A stretch of 64,000 nt of DNA from Armatimonadota bacterium (GTDB taxonomy: Bacteria > Sysuimicrobiota > Sysuimicrobiia > Sysuimicrobiales > Humicultoraceae), in the NCBI GenBank assembly GCA_052387355.1, contig JBQTJG010000332.1, forward strand, positions 1,302-65,301, written 5' to 3'. Below the pieces are notes generated by a model that worked only from the letters and a program-made list of their open reading frames with translations, ran no database searches and was not told where the DNA came from. The stretch's first letter is position 1; each line of letters opens with the position of its first letter. A program made the position numbers and the translations under genes. This document shows, in pieces, positions 19,285-29,379 of the stretch.

Positions 19285-20265
19285 ATGATCACGCAAACGC
19301 TCGAGAGCGCACGGCAGTCCGGGTTTCGCAATCCTCCACCCAGGGTGGTGGATACGCCGGTGTTCGACGTCCACACGCACCTCGGCCGGAAACAGGTCGA
19401 CGAGCTGGTCTCGGCGGCCGAGATCTACGGCGTCCAGAAGATCCTGGGGATCTGCAGCCTGGACGAGGGGCTGCGAGTGCGCAACCGCTTCCCCGATCAG
19501 GTCCTCCTGGCCACGACCCTCGATTGGGAGCACCGCGCCGACCCGAAGCGCTTCGCCAGCGTCAATGAGGCGCTGCTGGCCCGGGCGGCGGCGCACGACG
19601 TGCGTGTGGTCAAGTTGTGGTTCGGACCGCGCATCTACCCCCGGTACGAGGGCCTGCACCTCGATGCCACGCTGCTGGATCCCATCTTCGAGGCGATCGC
19701 CGCGCATGGCCTCAACGCGCTGGTGCACATCGCCGATCCCGACCTGTGGTTCGCCAACAAATACACCGATGTCGTCACCTACGGGACCAAAGCCGAACAG
19801 TATCCACAACTGGAGACCAGGCTAGCCCAGTATCCGCGCGTGCGATTCCTGGCGGCGCACATGGGCGGGCATCCGGAAGACCTCAATCATCTTGCCAGTT
19901 TGCTCGACCGGTTTCCCAATCTTTCCCTCGACACGAGCGCCACCCGCTGGATGGTCCGTGAACTCGGGCGACAACCGGAGACGGCGCGGGCGTTCTTCGC
20001 ACACTACGCTGACCGGCTGCTTTTCGGGACGGATCAGGTTGTCCTGGATGAGCCCGAGCCCGAACGCTACGCTGTGCGGTACTGGATTCACCAGATGTTC
20101 TGGGAGACAGACCTCGTCTGTCCGCTCCCGATCGATGACCCCGACGCAGGCGCGGCGCCAATGCTGCGCGGGATCTCGCTTCCCCCCGAGGTGCTCAGGG
20201 AGGTGTATTGGGGGAACGCGGCCCGCTGGTGTGGCGAAGTGGAGACTACTGGGGATCTTGGGTAG
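19285..20265 (+). CDS. Amidohydrolase-2 (metal-dependent TIM-barrel hydrolase/decarboxylase) family protein
   Basis: Motifs are VFDVHTHLG, LVHIADP, AAHMGG and GTDQ. The start is uncertain (19264 or 19285). Confidence 0.65.
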   Translation: MITQTLESARQSGFRNPPPRVVDTPVFDVHTHLGRKQVDELVSAAEIYGVQKILGICSLDEGLRVRNRFPDQVLLATTLDWEHRADPKRFASVNEALLARAAAHDVRVVKLWFGPRIYPRYEGLHLDATLLDPIFEAIAAHGLNALVHIADPDLWFANKYTDVVTYGTKAEQYPQLETRLAQYPRVRFLAAHMGGHPEDLNHLASLLDRFPNLSLDTSATRWMVRELGRQPETARAFFAHYADRLLFGTDQVVLDEPEPERYAVRYWIHQMFWETDLVCPLPIDDPDAGAAPMLRGISLPPEVLREVYWGNAARWCGEVETTGDLG

Positions 20266-21832
20266 ATGCCGGTGGGGTGGGGCTCGTAATCCCGACGGCG
20301 TTGATCACCGCACCGGCTATCAACAACCCCGTGCTGATGAGCATCGCCAGGTGGAAGGCGTCGGTCGAGGCGCTCCGAGACGCGGCGATCTGATTGTCCG
20401 GCACGCCCTCCGCCGGTTGATTGAGTGGTGCGATCTTCGCACGCACGACTGACGATGAGACATCGAGTCCGGGAACGCGCGCCGCCAGCTCGGCGTAGAA
20501 CCCCGCCGTAATCGCCACGAAGATCAATGCGCCGGCCAATTGTGGTCCAATGCGCGAGATGGCGTTATTGATCGCCGAGGCGACCCCGGAATGGCGAACC
20601 GCGACCGCCGTCATCAGGCATGTCGTCAGCGGTGCGACCATGATAGAGATGCCGAGCCCGAAGACCACGAATCCCGGCAGGAAGTCGACCAAATAACCGA
20701 CCGGAGGGATCAGGCTTCCAGGCTGCCCGGGACGAGCGACCCAGGCAGTGCTGTCGGCCGGCACTCGGGCGAGCCAGAGGATCCCCAGGGCCATGATGGC
20801 CGGCCCGATCGCCATGAACCAGCGCGCGCCGTAGCGTCCCGCCAACGCCCCGAAGCGCGATGACAGGAACACCAGGAACAGCGTACCGGGAATCGTGGCC
20901 AGGCCGACCGCCGCGGCGGTGTAGCCGAGCGTACCCTGCATGAACAACGGCGAGTAGTAGAAGCTGACGTAGAGGGCGCCGTAGATGAGAAACGTCGAGA
21001 TATTCGTGACCGTGAAGTTCCGCGATCGGAAGAGATGAAGAGGAACCAGCGGGTTGGCGGAGCGCGCCATCAAGAACGGGAGGACGAGTGTCGCCGCGGC
21101 CCCGCCCGCCAGCGCAACATAGGCCAGTGAGTCCTGCCACTCGCGCTGCTGTCCATAGATCGCGCCAAACGCCAGCCCTCCGACGGCCACCGCCACGACA
21201 AAGGCGCCGAGCCAATCGAAGTGCCCTGACGCCTGCTCGTCACGGCTCTCCTGGACGTACCTGAGCGTGGCCCACAACGCGAAGACGACGAGCGGTACGT
21301 TCATCAGGAAGGCCGCGCGCCAGGAGATGGTGTCGACGAGCACGCCGCCGACGAATGGGCCCACGATAGTCGTCGCTCCGGACGCTCCGGCCCAGATGCC
21401 GAACGCGCGTCCTTGGTCCTCGCCCTCGAACGTGGCTGTGATCAACGAGAGCGACCCGGGCACCAGCATGGCGCCTGCCGCTCCCTGCAGGATGCGAAAC
21501 AGGATCAGGAGTTCCGTAGTCGGGGCGAGCCCGCACAGCACTGAGGTGACGCCGAACCCGGCGAGCCCGAATGCAAACATCCGCCGGCGCCCATAGTAGT
21601 CGTTGAGCGCCCCGGCGAGGATCAGCAGCGCGCTCAGGGTCAACAGGTATCCGTTGTACACGTACGACTGCCCCTCGAGCACCCCAAAGAGGGAGGTTGG
21701 GAGCTCCCGACCCATCCTGGGCAAGGCGACGTTCACAATCGTCGAGTCCAGAAAGACGATGCCTGATCCGAGAATAGCCGCGATGAGCGTCCAGCGTTTG
21801 TATGTCACGATCAACTTCTCTTCCCCTTTCAT
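20246..21832 (-). CDS. MFS transporter, DHA2 (EmrB/QacA, 14-TMS) family
   Basis: Starts MKGEEKLIVTYKRWTLIAAILGSGIVFLDSTIVNVALPRM, with a GALNDYYGRRRMF loop and many TM segments. The track ORF's N-terminal 76 codons were rejected. Confidence 0.8.
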   Translation of the reverse strand: MKGEEKLIVTYKRWTLIAAILGSGIVFLDSTIVNVALPRMGRELPTSLFGVLEGQSYVYNGYLLTLSALLILAGALNDYYGRRRMFAFGLAGFGVTSVLCGLAPTTELLILFRILQGAAGAMLVPGSLSLITATFEGEDQGRAFGIWAGASGATTIVGPFVGGVLVDTISWRAAFLMNVPLVVFALWATLRYVQESRDEQASGHFDWLGAFVVAVAVGGLAFGAIYGQQREWQDSLAYVALAGGAAATLVLPFLMARSANPLVPLHLFRSRNFTVTNISTFLIYGALYVSFYYSPLFMQGTLGYTAAAVGLATIPGTLFLVFLSSRFGALAGRYGARWFMAIGPAIMALGILWLARVPADSTAWVARPGQPGSLIPPVGYLVDFLPGFVVFGLGISIMVAPLTTCLMTAVAVRHSGVASAINNAISRIGPQLAGALIFVAITAGFYAELAARVPGLDVSSSVVRAKIAPLNQPAEGVPDNQIAASRSASTDAFHLAMLISTGLLIAGAVINAVGITSPTPPASTQDPQ

Positions 21833-21887
21833 CAACGGCGTCCTGCCGTGAAGGGCAGCACGTGCAAACGGGAGAAGTGTCGAGCCC

Positions 21888-23126
21888 ATGGAGAACGACC
21901 GGTACGACATCGCCATTGTCGGCGGCGGCATCGTGGGAGTGGCCACGGCGCTCGCCCTGACCTCTCGGCACCCGGAGTTGCGCCTGGTCGTCATCGAGAA
22001 GGAACGCGCGACGGGCATGCACCAGACCTCGCACAACAGCGGGGTCATCCACTCGGGCATCTACTACCGGCCGGGATCCTACAAGGCGCGTCTCTGTGTG
22101 GAGGGAGCGCGTATGATGCGCGACTTCTGCGCGGAGCACGGTATCCCTGTGGATAGTTGCGGTAAGGTGATCGTCGCTACCGAAGAGCGCGAGCTGGCGG
22201 GTCTCGATGAGCTGTTTGATCGGGGCACGGCCAACGGTGTGCCGGGCTTGGAGAAGATCGGATCCGAGCGTCTTCGGGAGATTGAGCCGCATGCGGCCGG
22301 CCTGCGCGCGATCCACTCGCCCCAGACCGCCGTCGTAGATTATCGCAGCGTGGCCGATGCCATGGTCCGCGAGGCGCGACGGCGCGGAGCGCATGTCCTG
22401 ACCGGCATGCAGGTCACCACGATCCGCCGAACGACCGAGACCCTCATCCTGCAGACCCCGCGGGCCGAGATTGCAGCGGGGCGTCTGGTCAACTGCGCGG
22501 GCCTGTATTCCGACGGCATCGCCCGCATGTCCGGGGCATCTCCCGACGTGCGCATCGTGCCGTTTCGGGGCGAGTACTATCTGGTTCGGCCCGAGCGCAG
22601 GGATCTGGTCCGAGGCCTCATCTATCCCGTGCCCGACCCTGAGTTCCCCTTCCTGGGGGTCCACTTCACGCGGACAGTCCACGGCGAGGTCGAGGCCGGC
22701 CCCAACGCGGTGCTGGCGTTCGCGCGCGAGGGCTACACGTGGAGTCGCGTGCGACCTACGGAGCTGCTTTCAACCCTTGCGTTCGCGGGCTTCTGGCACA
22801 TGGCCCGTCGATACTGGCGGACCGGTTTGTACGAGGTCCTGCGTTCGCTCAGCAAGAGAGCCTTCGTGGCCGCGTTGCAGCGGCTCGTTCCGGCTATCCG
22901 GTCGGACGATGTGGGCCGAGGCGGGGCCGGAGTTCGAGCGCAGGCGGTTACACCGCAAGGGCTGCTCGTCGATGATTTTCGAATCCTGGAGTCCCCGCAG
23001 GCCATCCACGTCCTGAACGCACCATCGCCGGCAGCGACGGCCTCGCTCGCCATCGGCCGCCATATTGCGGGTCTAGCCGCCACCGCATTTGGGCTGAAGG
23101 TGGGAGCCGCCCCGGGCATCCGGTAG
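21888..23126 (+). CDS. lhgO: L-2-hydroxyglutarate oxidase (FAD-dependent)
   Basis: YDIAIVGGGIVGVATALAL followed by HQTSHNSGVIHSGIYYRPGSYKARLCVEG, typical of LhgO/YgaF. Confidence 0.8.
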   Translation: MENDRYDIAIVGGGIVGVATALALTSRHPELRLVVIEKERATGMHQTSHNSGVIHSGIYYRPGSYKARLCVEGARMMRDFCAEHGIPVDSCGKVIVATEERELAGLDELFDRGTANGVPGLEKIGSERLREIEPHAAGLRAIHSPQTAVVDYRSVADAMVREARRRGAHVLTGMQVTTIRRTTETLILQTPRAEIAAGRLVNCAGLYSDGIARMSGASPDVRIVPFRGEYYLVRPERRDLVRGLIYPVPDPEFPFLGVHFTRTVHGEVEAGPNAVLAFAREGYTWSRVRPTELLSTLAFAGFWHMARRYWRTGLYEVLRSLSKRAFVAALQRLVPAIRSDDVGRGGAGVRAQAVTPQGLLVDDFRILESPQAIHVLNAPSPAATASLAIGRHIAGLAATAFGLKVGAAPGIR

Positions 23127-23168
23127 GGACTTTCGCCCGAGGAAATTGGGAAGAACCCTGGTGACGTG

Positions 23169-23936
23169 ATGGAGACTCAGCGGCCGAGCGCTCAGCGATC
23201 ACAGTCGTCCCCAGAGGTGAAGGCCACCTCTGTCTGGATTCGTGTCCTTCAGTTCCTCCTGGCCGTCCTGGTCATGGGCTTCCTTGCAGCCGGGCCCCAG
23301 GTCTGGGACGCGTTTGGGACGTTGCTGGACTATCTGCACCGCGCACGGACCGCGCCGCGCAACACGGTCACCACGTCGGTTGAACCGGCGGCAAGACCCG
23401 CAGCGACTCGGATCTCGGCGCCACAGCAGCCGCCGGTTGAGGCGGTCGCTCCACGTCCCGTTCTCCCGTCGCATCCGGTTGTCGCGCCCCCGGCCTATCC
23501 CCGGGCGGCTGAGCCGCCTGCGATTCGTACGAAACCGACGATTCGACCCAAGCCGGTCAGCAGTCCATCACCCGCGAAACCCAAGGCCAGGATAAAGGCG
23601 ACGCCGCGTCCTGCTGCGGCAGTGGTGACCGCTCAGGCGCTTTCCACACCCGTGTCGTTGACTCCGAAGCAGTACTTCGAACGGTTGATGCGGGAAGGAA
23701 GCCAGCTCTACCAGACAGGCTGGTACGGCCCCGCGATGGGCCGTTTCAAGCAGGCCGCGCTCGTCATGCCCGGTTCGGCCAGCGCGCAGTTGTGGACGGC
23801 GCGGGCAGCCATCAGAGTCGGGCGCTACGACATCGCGCGGCAGGCGCTCGAGCGAACGATCGAAATCGCGCCCGCAAGCGACGCAGCCCGCGAGGCGCGG
23901 TCCCTGCTCGAGCAGGTCAACAAGTCCGGGGGATAG
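23169..23936 (+). CDS. Hypothetical membrane-anchored protein with a proline-rich linker and a TPR-like C-terminus
   Basis: One TM segment (VWIRVLQFLLAVLVMGFLAAG), a Pro/Ala-rich stretch and a C-terminal helical repeat region. No motif was recognised. Confidence 0.5.
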   Translation: METQRPSAQRSQSSPEVKATSVWIRVLQFLLAVLVMGFLAAGPQVWDAFGTLLDYLHRARTAPRNTVTTSVEPAARPAATRISAPQQPPVEAVAPRPVLPSHPVVAPPAYPRAAEPPAIRTKPTIRPKPVSSPSPAKPKARIKATPRPAAAVVTAQALSTPVSLTPKQYFERLMREGSQLYQTGWYGPAMGRFKQAALVMPGSASAQLWTARAAIRVGRYDIARQALERTIEIAPASDAAREARSLLEQVNKSGG

Positions 23937-23949
23937 ATCAGTTGAAGCG

Positions 23950-24546
23950 CTAGATCGCCACAGCGCTAGGTCGCCATCGCGCGCGTACAAATGTCGGCCG
24001 CACGATGCGGTCGAAGAGCTCGACCAGATGCGGATCCCACTGTGACTCAGAACCAAACCATAGAATCTGCAACGCCTCTTCGGGAGAGTACGCGGGCCGG
24101 TAGGGCCGGTCTATCGTCAGGGTGTCGTAGGCGTCGACGATGGCGATGATCCGCGCCCCAATCGGGATCGCATCGCGCGCAAGACCGTCGGGATAGCCCT
24201 GCCCGTCCCAGTGCTCGTGGTGACTCCTGACGATCGCGCTGATCTCAGCGCCGTCGGGCAGCGACCGGCACATCTCGGCACCCAAGACCGGGTGGCGCTT
24301 GATCTGCTCGTACTCCTCCGGTGTCAGCCGGTCCGCCTTTTGGAGTATCTCCTCCGGCACGCCGAGCTTACCGAGCTCATGCAGGAGCGCCGCCCTCTTG
24401 ATGGTCGTGCGGGCTGGCTCGTCGAGAGCCGCCGCCGAAGCCAGTCGCAGACTGTGTCCGGCGACACGTTGCAGGTGCCCCTCCGGCCAGGGGCCCTGGA
24501 CCTTGGCGGTTCGGGTGACTTCGGCCAGCGTGCTCTCGACGGCCAT
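23950..24546 (-). CDS. HD-GYP domain phosphohydrolase, stand-alone with no receiver domain
   Basis: Motifs are LHELGKLGVP and HHEHWDGQGYPDGL. Confidence 0.8.
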   Translation of the reverse strand: MAVESTLAEVTRTAKVQGPWPEGHLQRVAGHSLRLASAAALDEPARTTIKRAALLHELGKLGVPEEILQKADRLTPEEYEQIKRHPVLGAEMCRSLPDGAEISAIVRSHHEHWDGQGYPDGLARDAIPIGARIIAIVDAYDTLTIDRPYRPAYSPEEALQILWFGSESQWDPHLVELFDRIVRPTFVRARWRPSAVAI

Positions 24547-24564
24547 GGCGCATCCCCCTCTGAC

Positions 24565-24685
24565 AGCGGCAAAAAATGAGCAAGAGGATTTCGCTGACTA
24601 GCACGAAACCCTCTTCGGCAACCCAGCCAACCCCAGAGGGGTTCTGTGGCTTTGCGTCCCCGCCTCGCAGCGGGTTTGCCTTTAT
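24565..24685 (+). promoter_or_regulatory. Candidate SAM-I-clan riboswitch (SAM-IV or SAM-I/IV-like) in the 5' leader of the MetE-like gene
   Basis: The core AUGAG-[CAAGAGG..CCUCUU stem]-CGGCAACC resembles SAM-I/SAM-IV. After it come a GCCA-ACCCC-AGA-GGGGU-ucug-UGGC hairpin and a CCCGC-cucgca-GCGGG hairpin. GGCAAA (24568-24573) can pair with either of two UUUGC(C) copies (24651-24655 or 24675-24680). Confidence 0.45.
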
Positions 24686-24733
24686 CGTGGAGGCTTCAAA
24701 GCGTTTTCTTCCCAACTCAGGGTGACGTTAGAC

Positions 24734-25837
24734 ATGGACGACCAAATGAGGGCGTATCGAGCCGACGTCATCGGCAGCATGCTCAGGCCCGACGGCTTGC
24801 TGCGGGCGCGTGAGGAGCACCAAGCCGGCGGCATGCCCGATCCGGAGTTCAAGCGCATCGAAGACCGCGCCGTGGACGAGTGCGTCGCCATCCAGGAGCG
24901 GGCCGGCGTCGACGTGGTGACCGACGGTGAGCAGCGGCGCAGCGTCTTCGCCAGCCAGCTTGTCCAGGCCGCGGAGGGTTTTGACGTCGTGGCCAATAAC
25001 CGCGTCGACTGGTTCACTCTCGATGGCCGGCGCGTCGATGACCCGGTCACCGTCGGGGTGGTGAGCCAGATCAAGCGCAAGCGCCACCTATCCGCCGAGG
25101 AGTTCTCATATCTTCGCGGCAAGACCACCCGGCCGACGAAAGTCACCATCCCCAGCCCGACCATGTACGCGTACTACTGGGTTCCGGATGTGTCGAATGC
25201 GGCATATCCTTCGATCGATGCCTACATGGCCGACGTGACTGATATCCTCAGGGACGAGGTGGCTGAACTGGTCCGGCTGGGCGCCGAGTACATCCAGATC
25301 GACGCACCCGAGTTCGGGATGCTGATCGACCCGCACCAGCAGGAGTGGTTCAGCCGGAGAGGGTTCAACCCCGAACGGATGATCGACGACGGCGTGGACA
25401 TGATCAACGCAATCGTCGCGGGGCATCCAGGCGTGATCTTCGGCTTGCACATCTGCCGGGGAAACGACGCGAGCCGCTACATGGCGAAGGGAAGTTACGC
25501 GGCGATTGCCAGGAAGATCTTCCCACGCGCCCGCGTTCAACGCCTGTTGTTGGAGTACGATGACGAGCGGTCAGGGGATTTCTCGCCGCTGCGCGAGGTG
25601 CCTGACGACAAGGTGGTCGTGCTCGGCCTAATTACGACGAAGACGCCCCGCGAGGAAACGCTCACGGAACTGGGCTCGCAGATCGAGGAGGCCAGCGCAT
25701 TCATGTCCCTCGAGCGACTGGCCGTGAGCCCTCAATGCGGCTTCGCGTCGGTGGCCCGCGGCAACGCGATCAGCTTCGAGGTGCAGGAAAAGAAGCTGCG
25801 CCTTGTTGCTCAGGTCGCGCGTATGATCTGGGGATAG
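24734..25837 (+). CDS. Cobalamin-independent methionine synthase II (MetE C-terminal-domain-like) family protein
   Basis: N-terminus is YRADVIGSMLRP. Zn-ligand motifs are LHICRGN and SPQCGF. Length is ~368 aa. The start is ambiguous (24722, 24734 or 24746). Confidence 0.75.
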   Translation: MDDQMRAYRADVIGSMLRPDGLLRAREEHQAGGMPDPEFKRIEDRAVDECVAIQERAGVDVVTDGEQRRSVFASQLVQAAEGFDVVANNRVDWFTLDGRRVDDPVTVGVVSQIKRKRHLSAEEFSYLRGKTTRPTKVTIPSPTMYAYYWVPDVSNAAYPSIDAYMADVTDILRDEVAELVRLGAEYIQIDAPEFGMLIDPHQQEWFSRRGFNPERMIDDGVDMINAIVAGHPGVIFGLHICRGNDASRYMAKGSYAAIARKIFPRARVQRLLLEYDDERSGDFSPLREVPDDKVVVLGLITTKTPREETLTELGSQIEEASAFMSLERLAVSPQCGFASVARGNAISFEVQEKKLRLVAQVARMIWG

Positions 25838-25857
25838 ACAAGATAGCGAGCCATCGC

Positions 25858-26634
25858 GTGGGGCCATCCGTCCGGTTTTCCCCGGTGGTCCGTCGCACGA
25901 TCGCGCCGAACCCCTCTCTCATGACCGGCGCCGGAACCAACACATACCTGGTGGGCGCCGGCGACATCACCGTGATTGACCCGGGCCCGAATGACTCCGG
26001 CCATCTCGACACCATCCGCGATGCGCTTCGCGGCGATCGCGTTGTGCGGATCCTGCTCACCCATCACCACTCTGATCATGCGCCGGGCGCCGCCGGGCTG
26101 TCGACACGGACCGGCGCGCCGGTGATGGCGTTCCCGGAGATCCGCGACGGCGATCGCTTTGCGGACGGCGGCGTCACCCTCGAAGCCCTCCATACGCCCG
26201 GCCACGCGTCGGATCACCTCTGCTTCTTCCTGCACGAGGAGGAGGCGCTCTTCTCCGGCGACCTTATCATGAGCGGGTCGACTGTCGTGATCGCGCCGCC
26301 CGACGGCGACATGGCGGCGTACCTCCGCTCGCTCGACCGCATCCGGCAGCGGCAGCCGTCGCAGATCTATCCCGGGCACGGCGACGTGATCGAATCACCT
26401 GCGGCGGTCATTGAGGAATACATTCAGCACCGGCGCGCACGCGAGCGTCAGGTACTTGAGGCGCTGGCGAGCGGGCCTGCCAGGATTCCTGACCTCGTCT
26501 CACGCATCTATGTCGATGTACCCGCGGCGCTTCATCCACTGGCGGCGCACTCCGTCTACGCGCACCTGATTAAGCTGAGAGCCGAAGGCCTGGTTGCAGG
26601 CAGCGACCGAGAATCCGTGTGGAGGTTGCCATGA
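25858..26634 (+). CDS. MBL-fold metallo-hydrolase (LACTB2 / hydroxyacylglutathione-hydrolase-like)
   Basis: Motifs are APNPSLMTGAGTNTYLVG and HHHSDH (HxHxDH), then HTPGH. The start codon is uncertain; GTG 25858 was chosen. Confidence 0.7.
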   Translation: MGPSVRFSPVVRRTIAPNPSLMTGAGTNTYLVGAGDITVIDPGPNDSGHLDTIRDALRGDRVVRILLTHHHSDHAPGAAGLSTRTGAPVMAFPEIRDGDRFADGGVTLEALHTPGHASDHLCFFLHEEEALFSGDLIMSGSTVVIAPPDGDMAAYLRSLDRIRQRQPSQIYPGHGDVIESPAAVIEEYIQHRRARERQVLEALASGPARIPDLVSRIYVDVPAALHPLAAHSVYAHLIKLRAEGLVAGSDRESVWRLP

Positions 26635-27818
26635 GACGTTCGACGCCCACCCTGACGCCTGACGAGGCACGCCAGCTCCATGATGCGGCGCTGGTGATTG
26701 ACAGCCAGCAGCCGCCGGCCACGAACGGGTTCTTGTTCACGCAGCCGATGCGCGAGGTGCTGGCCGACTACGTCCTGCGCGGGATGACGCGTGAAGAGGT
26801 GGCGCCGCTGATGGTGGAGATGGCGGCGAGGGAGATCCAGACGTCCGTGGACGCCCGGCAGGCGTACCTCGATCTCTGGCGCCGCTCGGGCGTGACGGTG
26901 GCGTGCGGCACCTACTCGGGGTCGATGCGAATCAGCGACGCCTTCGAAGCCGCGACCAAGCGAATCGCGCAGGCATACGCGTACATTGACGCGCTTCGCG
27001 GCGAACTGATCCTGGTGCGCGAGGCGGCGGACATCGAGCGCGTGCACCGTGAGGGGAAGCGCGGCCTTATCATCGACTTCCAGAACACCACGCCCTTCGG
27101 CGACACCCTGGACCGGATCGAGCACTTTCACAACCTGGGCGTCCGCATGGTGCAGCTTACCTACAACCTGCGCAACCTGGTCGGCGACGGCTGCACAGAG
27201 GCGCATCAGGGCGGTCTCTCATACTTCGGGCGTGACGTCGTGCACCGCCTCAACGAGCTGAAGATCCTCGTGGACGTCAGCCACTGCAGCGAGCAGGTCG
27301 GCTGGGATGCGCTGAAGATCTCTGGAGCGCCGATCGTCGTCTCTCATTCAACCAGCAAGGCTGTGTGCTACCACGACCGTGGCAAGAGCGACGAACTGGC
27401 GAAGGCGGTGGCCGACCGCGGCGGGTTCTTCGGCGTCGTCGTGATCCCCGGGTTTCTCTCCGAGTCCAAAGAGCCGACGCTCGATGACTTTGCGCGCCAT
27501 GTCGAGCATCTGGTGGATGTCTGCGGCATCGATCACGTCGGCATCGGTACGGACAAGGCCGGGCCTGGGCCCGGCACCGACTCCCTTGTCGAATATCCAA
27601 AGACGATGCCCAACCGCCGGCCGGGGACCTTCGACTGGACCGGATTCCGGTCCGACGAGCACCGGTTGACGCCGGACTACCATCTGAATGGCTATGAAGA
27701 CTTCGGGGATTGGCCCAACCTGACCGTGCACCTCGCGCGGTGGGGCTTCAACGAGGAGGAACTGCGCAAGCTGCTGGGGGTAAACTACTTGAGAGTCTTC
27801 CGCGACGTCGTCGGCTGA
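26631..27818 (+). CDS. Membrane dipeptidase (peptidase M19) family protein
   Basis: Motifs are VDVSHCSEQ, IVVSHS and VGIGTD. ATGA overlap with the upstream gene. GGAGG lies 5 nt before the ATG. Confidence 0.75.
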   Translation: MRRSTPTLTPDEARQLHDAALVIDSQQPPATNGFLFTQPMREVLADYVLRGMTREEVAPLMVEMAAREIQTSVDARQAYLDLWRRSGVTVACGTYSGSMRISDAFEAATKRIAQAYAYIDALRGELILVREAADIERVHREGKRGLIIDFQNTTPFGDTLDRIEHFHNLGVRMVQLTYNLRNLVGDGCTEAHQGGLSYFGRDVVHRLNELKILVDVSHCSEQVGWDALKISGAPIVVSHSTSKAVCYHDRGKSDELAKAVADRGGFFGVVVIPGFLSESKEPTLDDFARHVEHLVDVCGIDHVGIGTDKAGPGPGTDSLVEYPKTMPNRRPGTFDWTGFRSDEHRLTPDYHLNGYEDFGDWPNLTVHLARWGFNEEELRKLLGVNYLRVFRDVVG

Positions 27819-27837
27819 GACGGCGGGGAGCGCCCGG

Positions 27838-29379
27838 GTGTCCCGATCCAAAACGCTCGTCGTGCTGGGTGTCATGCTCAGCATCTTTCTGGCCGCCATG
27901 GAGGCTACCGTGGTGGCCACAGCCATGCCGACCATTGTCGGCCAGCTCGGCGGGCTCTCCATCTATAGCTGGGTGTTCTCAGGATACCTGGTGGCGTCGA
28001 CCACGACAGTGCCCATCTTCGGGAAGCTGTCCGATCTGTTCGGCCGCCGTCCGGTCTATGCGATCGCCATGGCGCTGTTTCTCAGTGGTTCGCTGCTGTG
28101 CGGGTTGGCGGAGAGCATGACGCAGTTGGTTGTATTTCGCGTCGTGCAGGGACTCGGCGCCGGCGGGGTGTTGCCGCTCGCCTTCACGATCATCGGCGTT
28201 CTGTTCGGCTACGAGCAGCGGGCTTGCATGCAGGGATTCTTCGCCGGCGTCTGGGGCGTCTCGTCGATCATCGGCCCACTGCTCGGCGGTTTCCTGGTGG
28301 ATCAGATCTCCTGGCGCTGGATCTTCTACGCCAATGTGGCGCCGGGCATACTCGCGGCGGCGTTGATCTGGTTCTTCTTCGTCGATGATCCGAGGGCGCA
28401 GGAATCGCGGCCGGTCCCTGTGGACTATCTCGGGGCAGGTGTGCTCACGTTTGGCGTGGTGGCGCTCCTGCTTGGACTCTTCGGCCTTCGGACGCCGGCC
28501 GGATGGGTGCTGCTCGCGCTGGCAGCCGGGTCCTTCATGCTCCTGTCGAGGGTCGAGCGCCGGGCCGCCGACCCCGTGCTCCCTCTCCCGCTGTTTCGCG
28601 ACCGCCTGTTCTCGGTCGCCACCGTGCATGGCTTTCTGTCTGGCTGCGCGCTGTTCGGCGGCCTGGCCTTCGTGCCACTGTTTGTGCAGGGTGTCCTGCG
28701 GACCAGCGCCACGGCGGCAGGCGCGACGCTTTCGCCGTTGATGCTCGGCTGGGTCGCCGCCAGCATCACAGGGAGCCGGCTGATGCTGCGCATCGGCTTC
28801 CGTATCCTGGCCGTGACCGGGATGACCTGTCTCGCCGTCGGCACGCTCCTGATGTCGCAGATCGGCGTCCAGATCGGTCAGCACGCCCTCATGGCCTATC
28901 TGGCGTTGATGGGCGTCGGGATGGGGCTGTCGGTTCCCTCGCTGATGATCGCGGTGCAGACCGCCGTATCGAGGCGCGATCTGGGCACGGCGACCTCGAC
29001 GCTGCAGTTCAGCCGGAGCATCGGCGGCGCGCTGGGGGTCAGCGTGATGGGCGTGGTGCTGGGCCTACGGATCGCCGCTACGCTCAGGGCCGCCGGCGTC
29101 GATCCGTCGACCGTGTCGCTCAATCGTCTGGTCGATCCGCTGGCGCGCATGTCGGCCGCCGCGGGGCTTGATGGCACGCTGCGCGCCGCGCTGGCCGACG
29201 GCGTCCGCGGCGTTTTCGTGGTGGCGTTCATCGCGGCCGCGCTCGGCCTCGCCGTCACGGTGATGGCCCCGGGCGGTCGACTATCACATATAGCGGCGCG
29301 GCGCGCTGATCTGGATGCCGCGGCGCGCGCCGAAGAACACCGCATCCGGCTGGTCGGCGATGAGACCCCAGTCGCTTAG
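27838..29379 (+). CDS. MFS transporter, DHA2 family
   Basis: FLAAMEATVVATAMPTI, the GKLSDLFGRRPVY loop and about 14 hydrophobic segments. Confidence 0.8.
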   Translation: MSRSKTLVVLGVMLSIFLAAMEATVVATAMPTIVGQLGGLSIYSWVFSGYLVASTTTVPIFGKLSDLFGRRPVYAIAMALFLSGSLLCGLAESMTQLVVFRVVQGLGAGGVLPLAFTIIGVLFGYEQRACMQGFFAGVWGVSSIIGPLLGGFLVDQISWRWIFYANVAPGILAAALIWFFFVDDPRAQESRPVPVDYLGAGVLTFGVVALLLGLFGLRTPAGWVLLALAAGSFMLLSRVERRAADPVLPLPLFRDRLFSVATVHGFLSGCALFGGLAFVPLFVQGVLRTSATAAGATLSPLMLGWVAASITGSRLMLRIGFRILAVTGMTCLAVGTLLMSQIGVQIGQHALMAYLALMGVGMGLSVPSLMIAVQTAVSRRDLGTATSTLQFSRSIGGALGVSVMGVVLGLRIAATLRAAGVDPSTVSLNRLVDPLARMSAAAGLDGTLRAALADGVRGVFVVAFIAAALGLAVTVMAPGGRLSHIAARRADLDAAARAEEHRIRLVGDETPVA

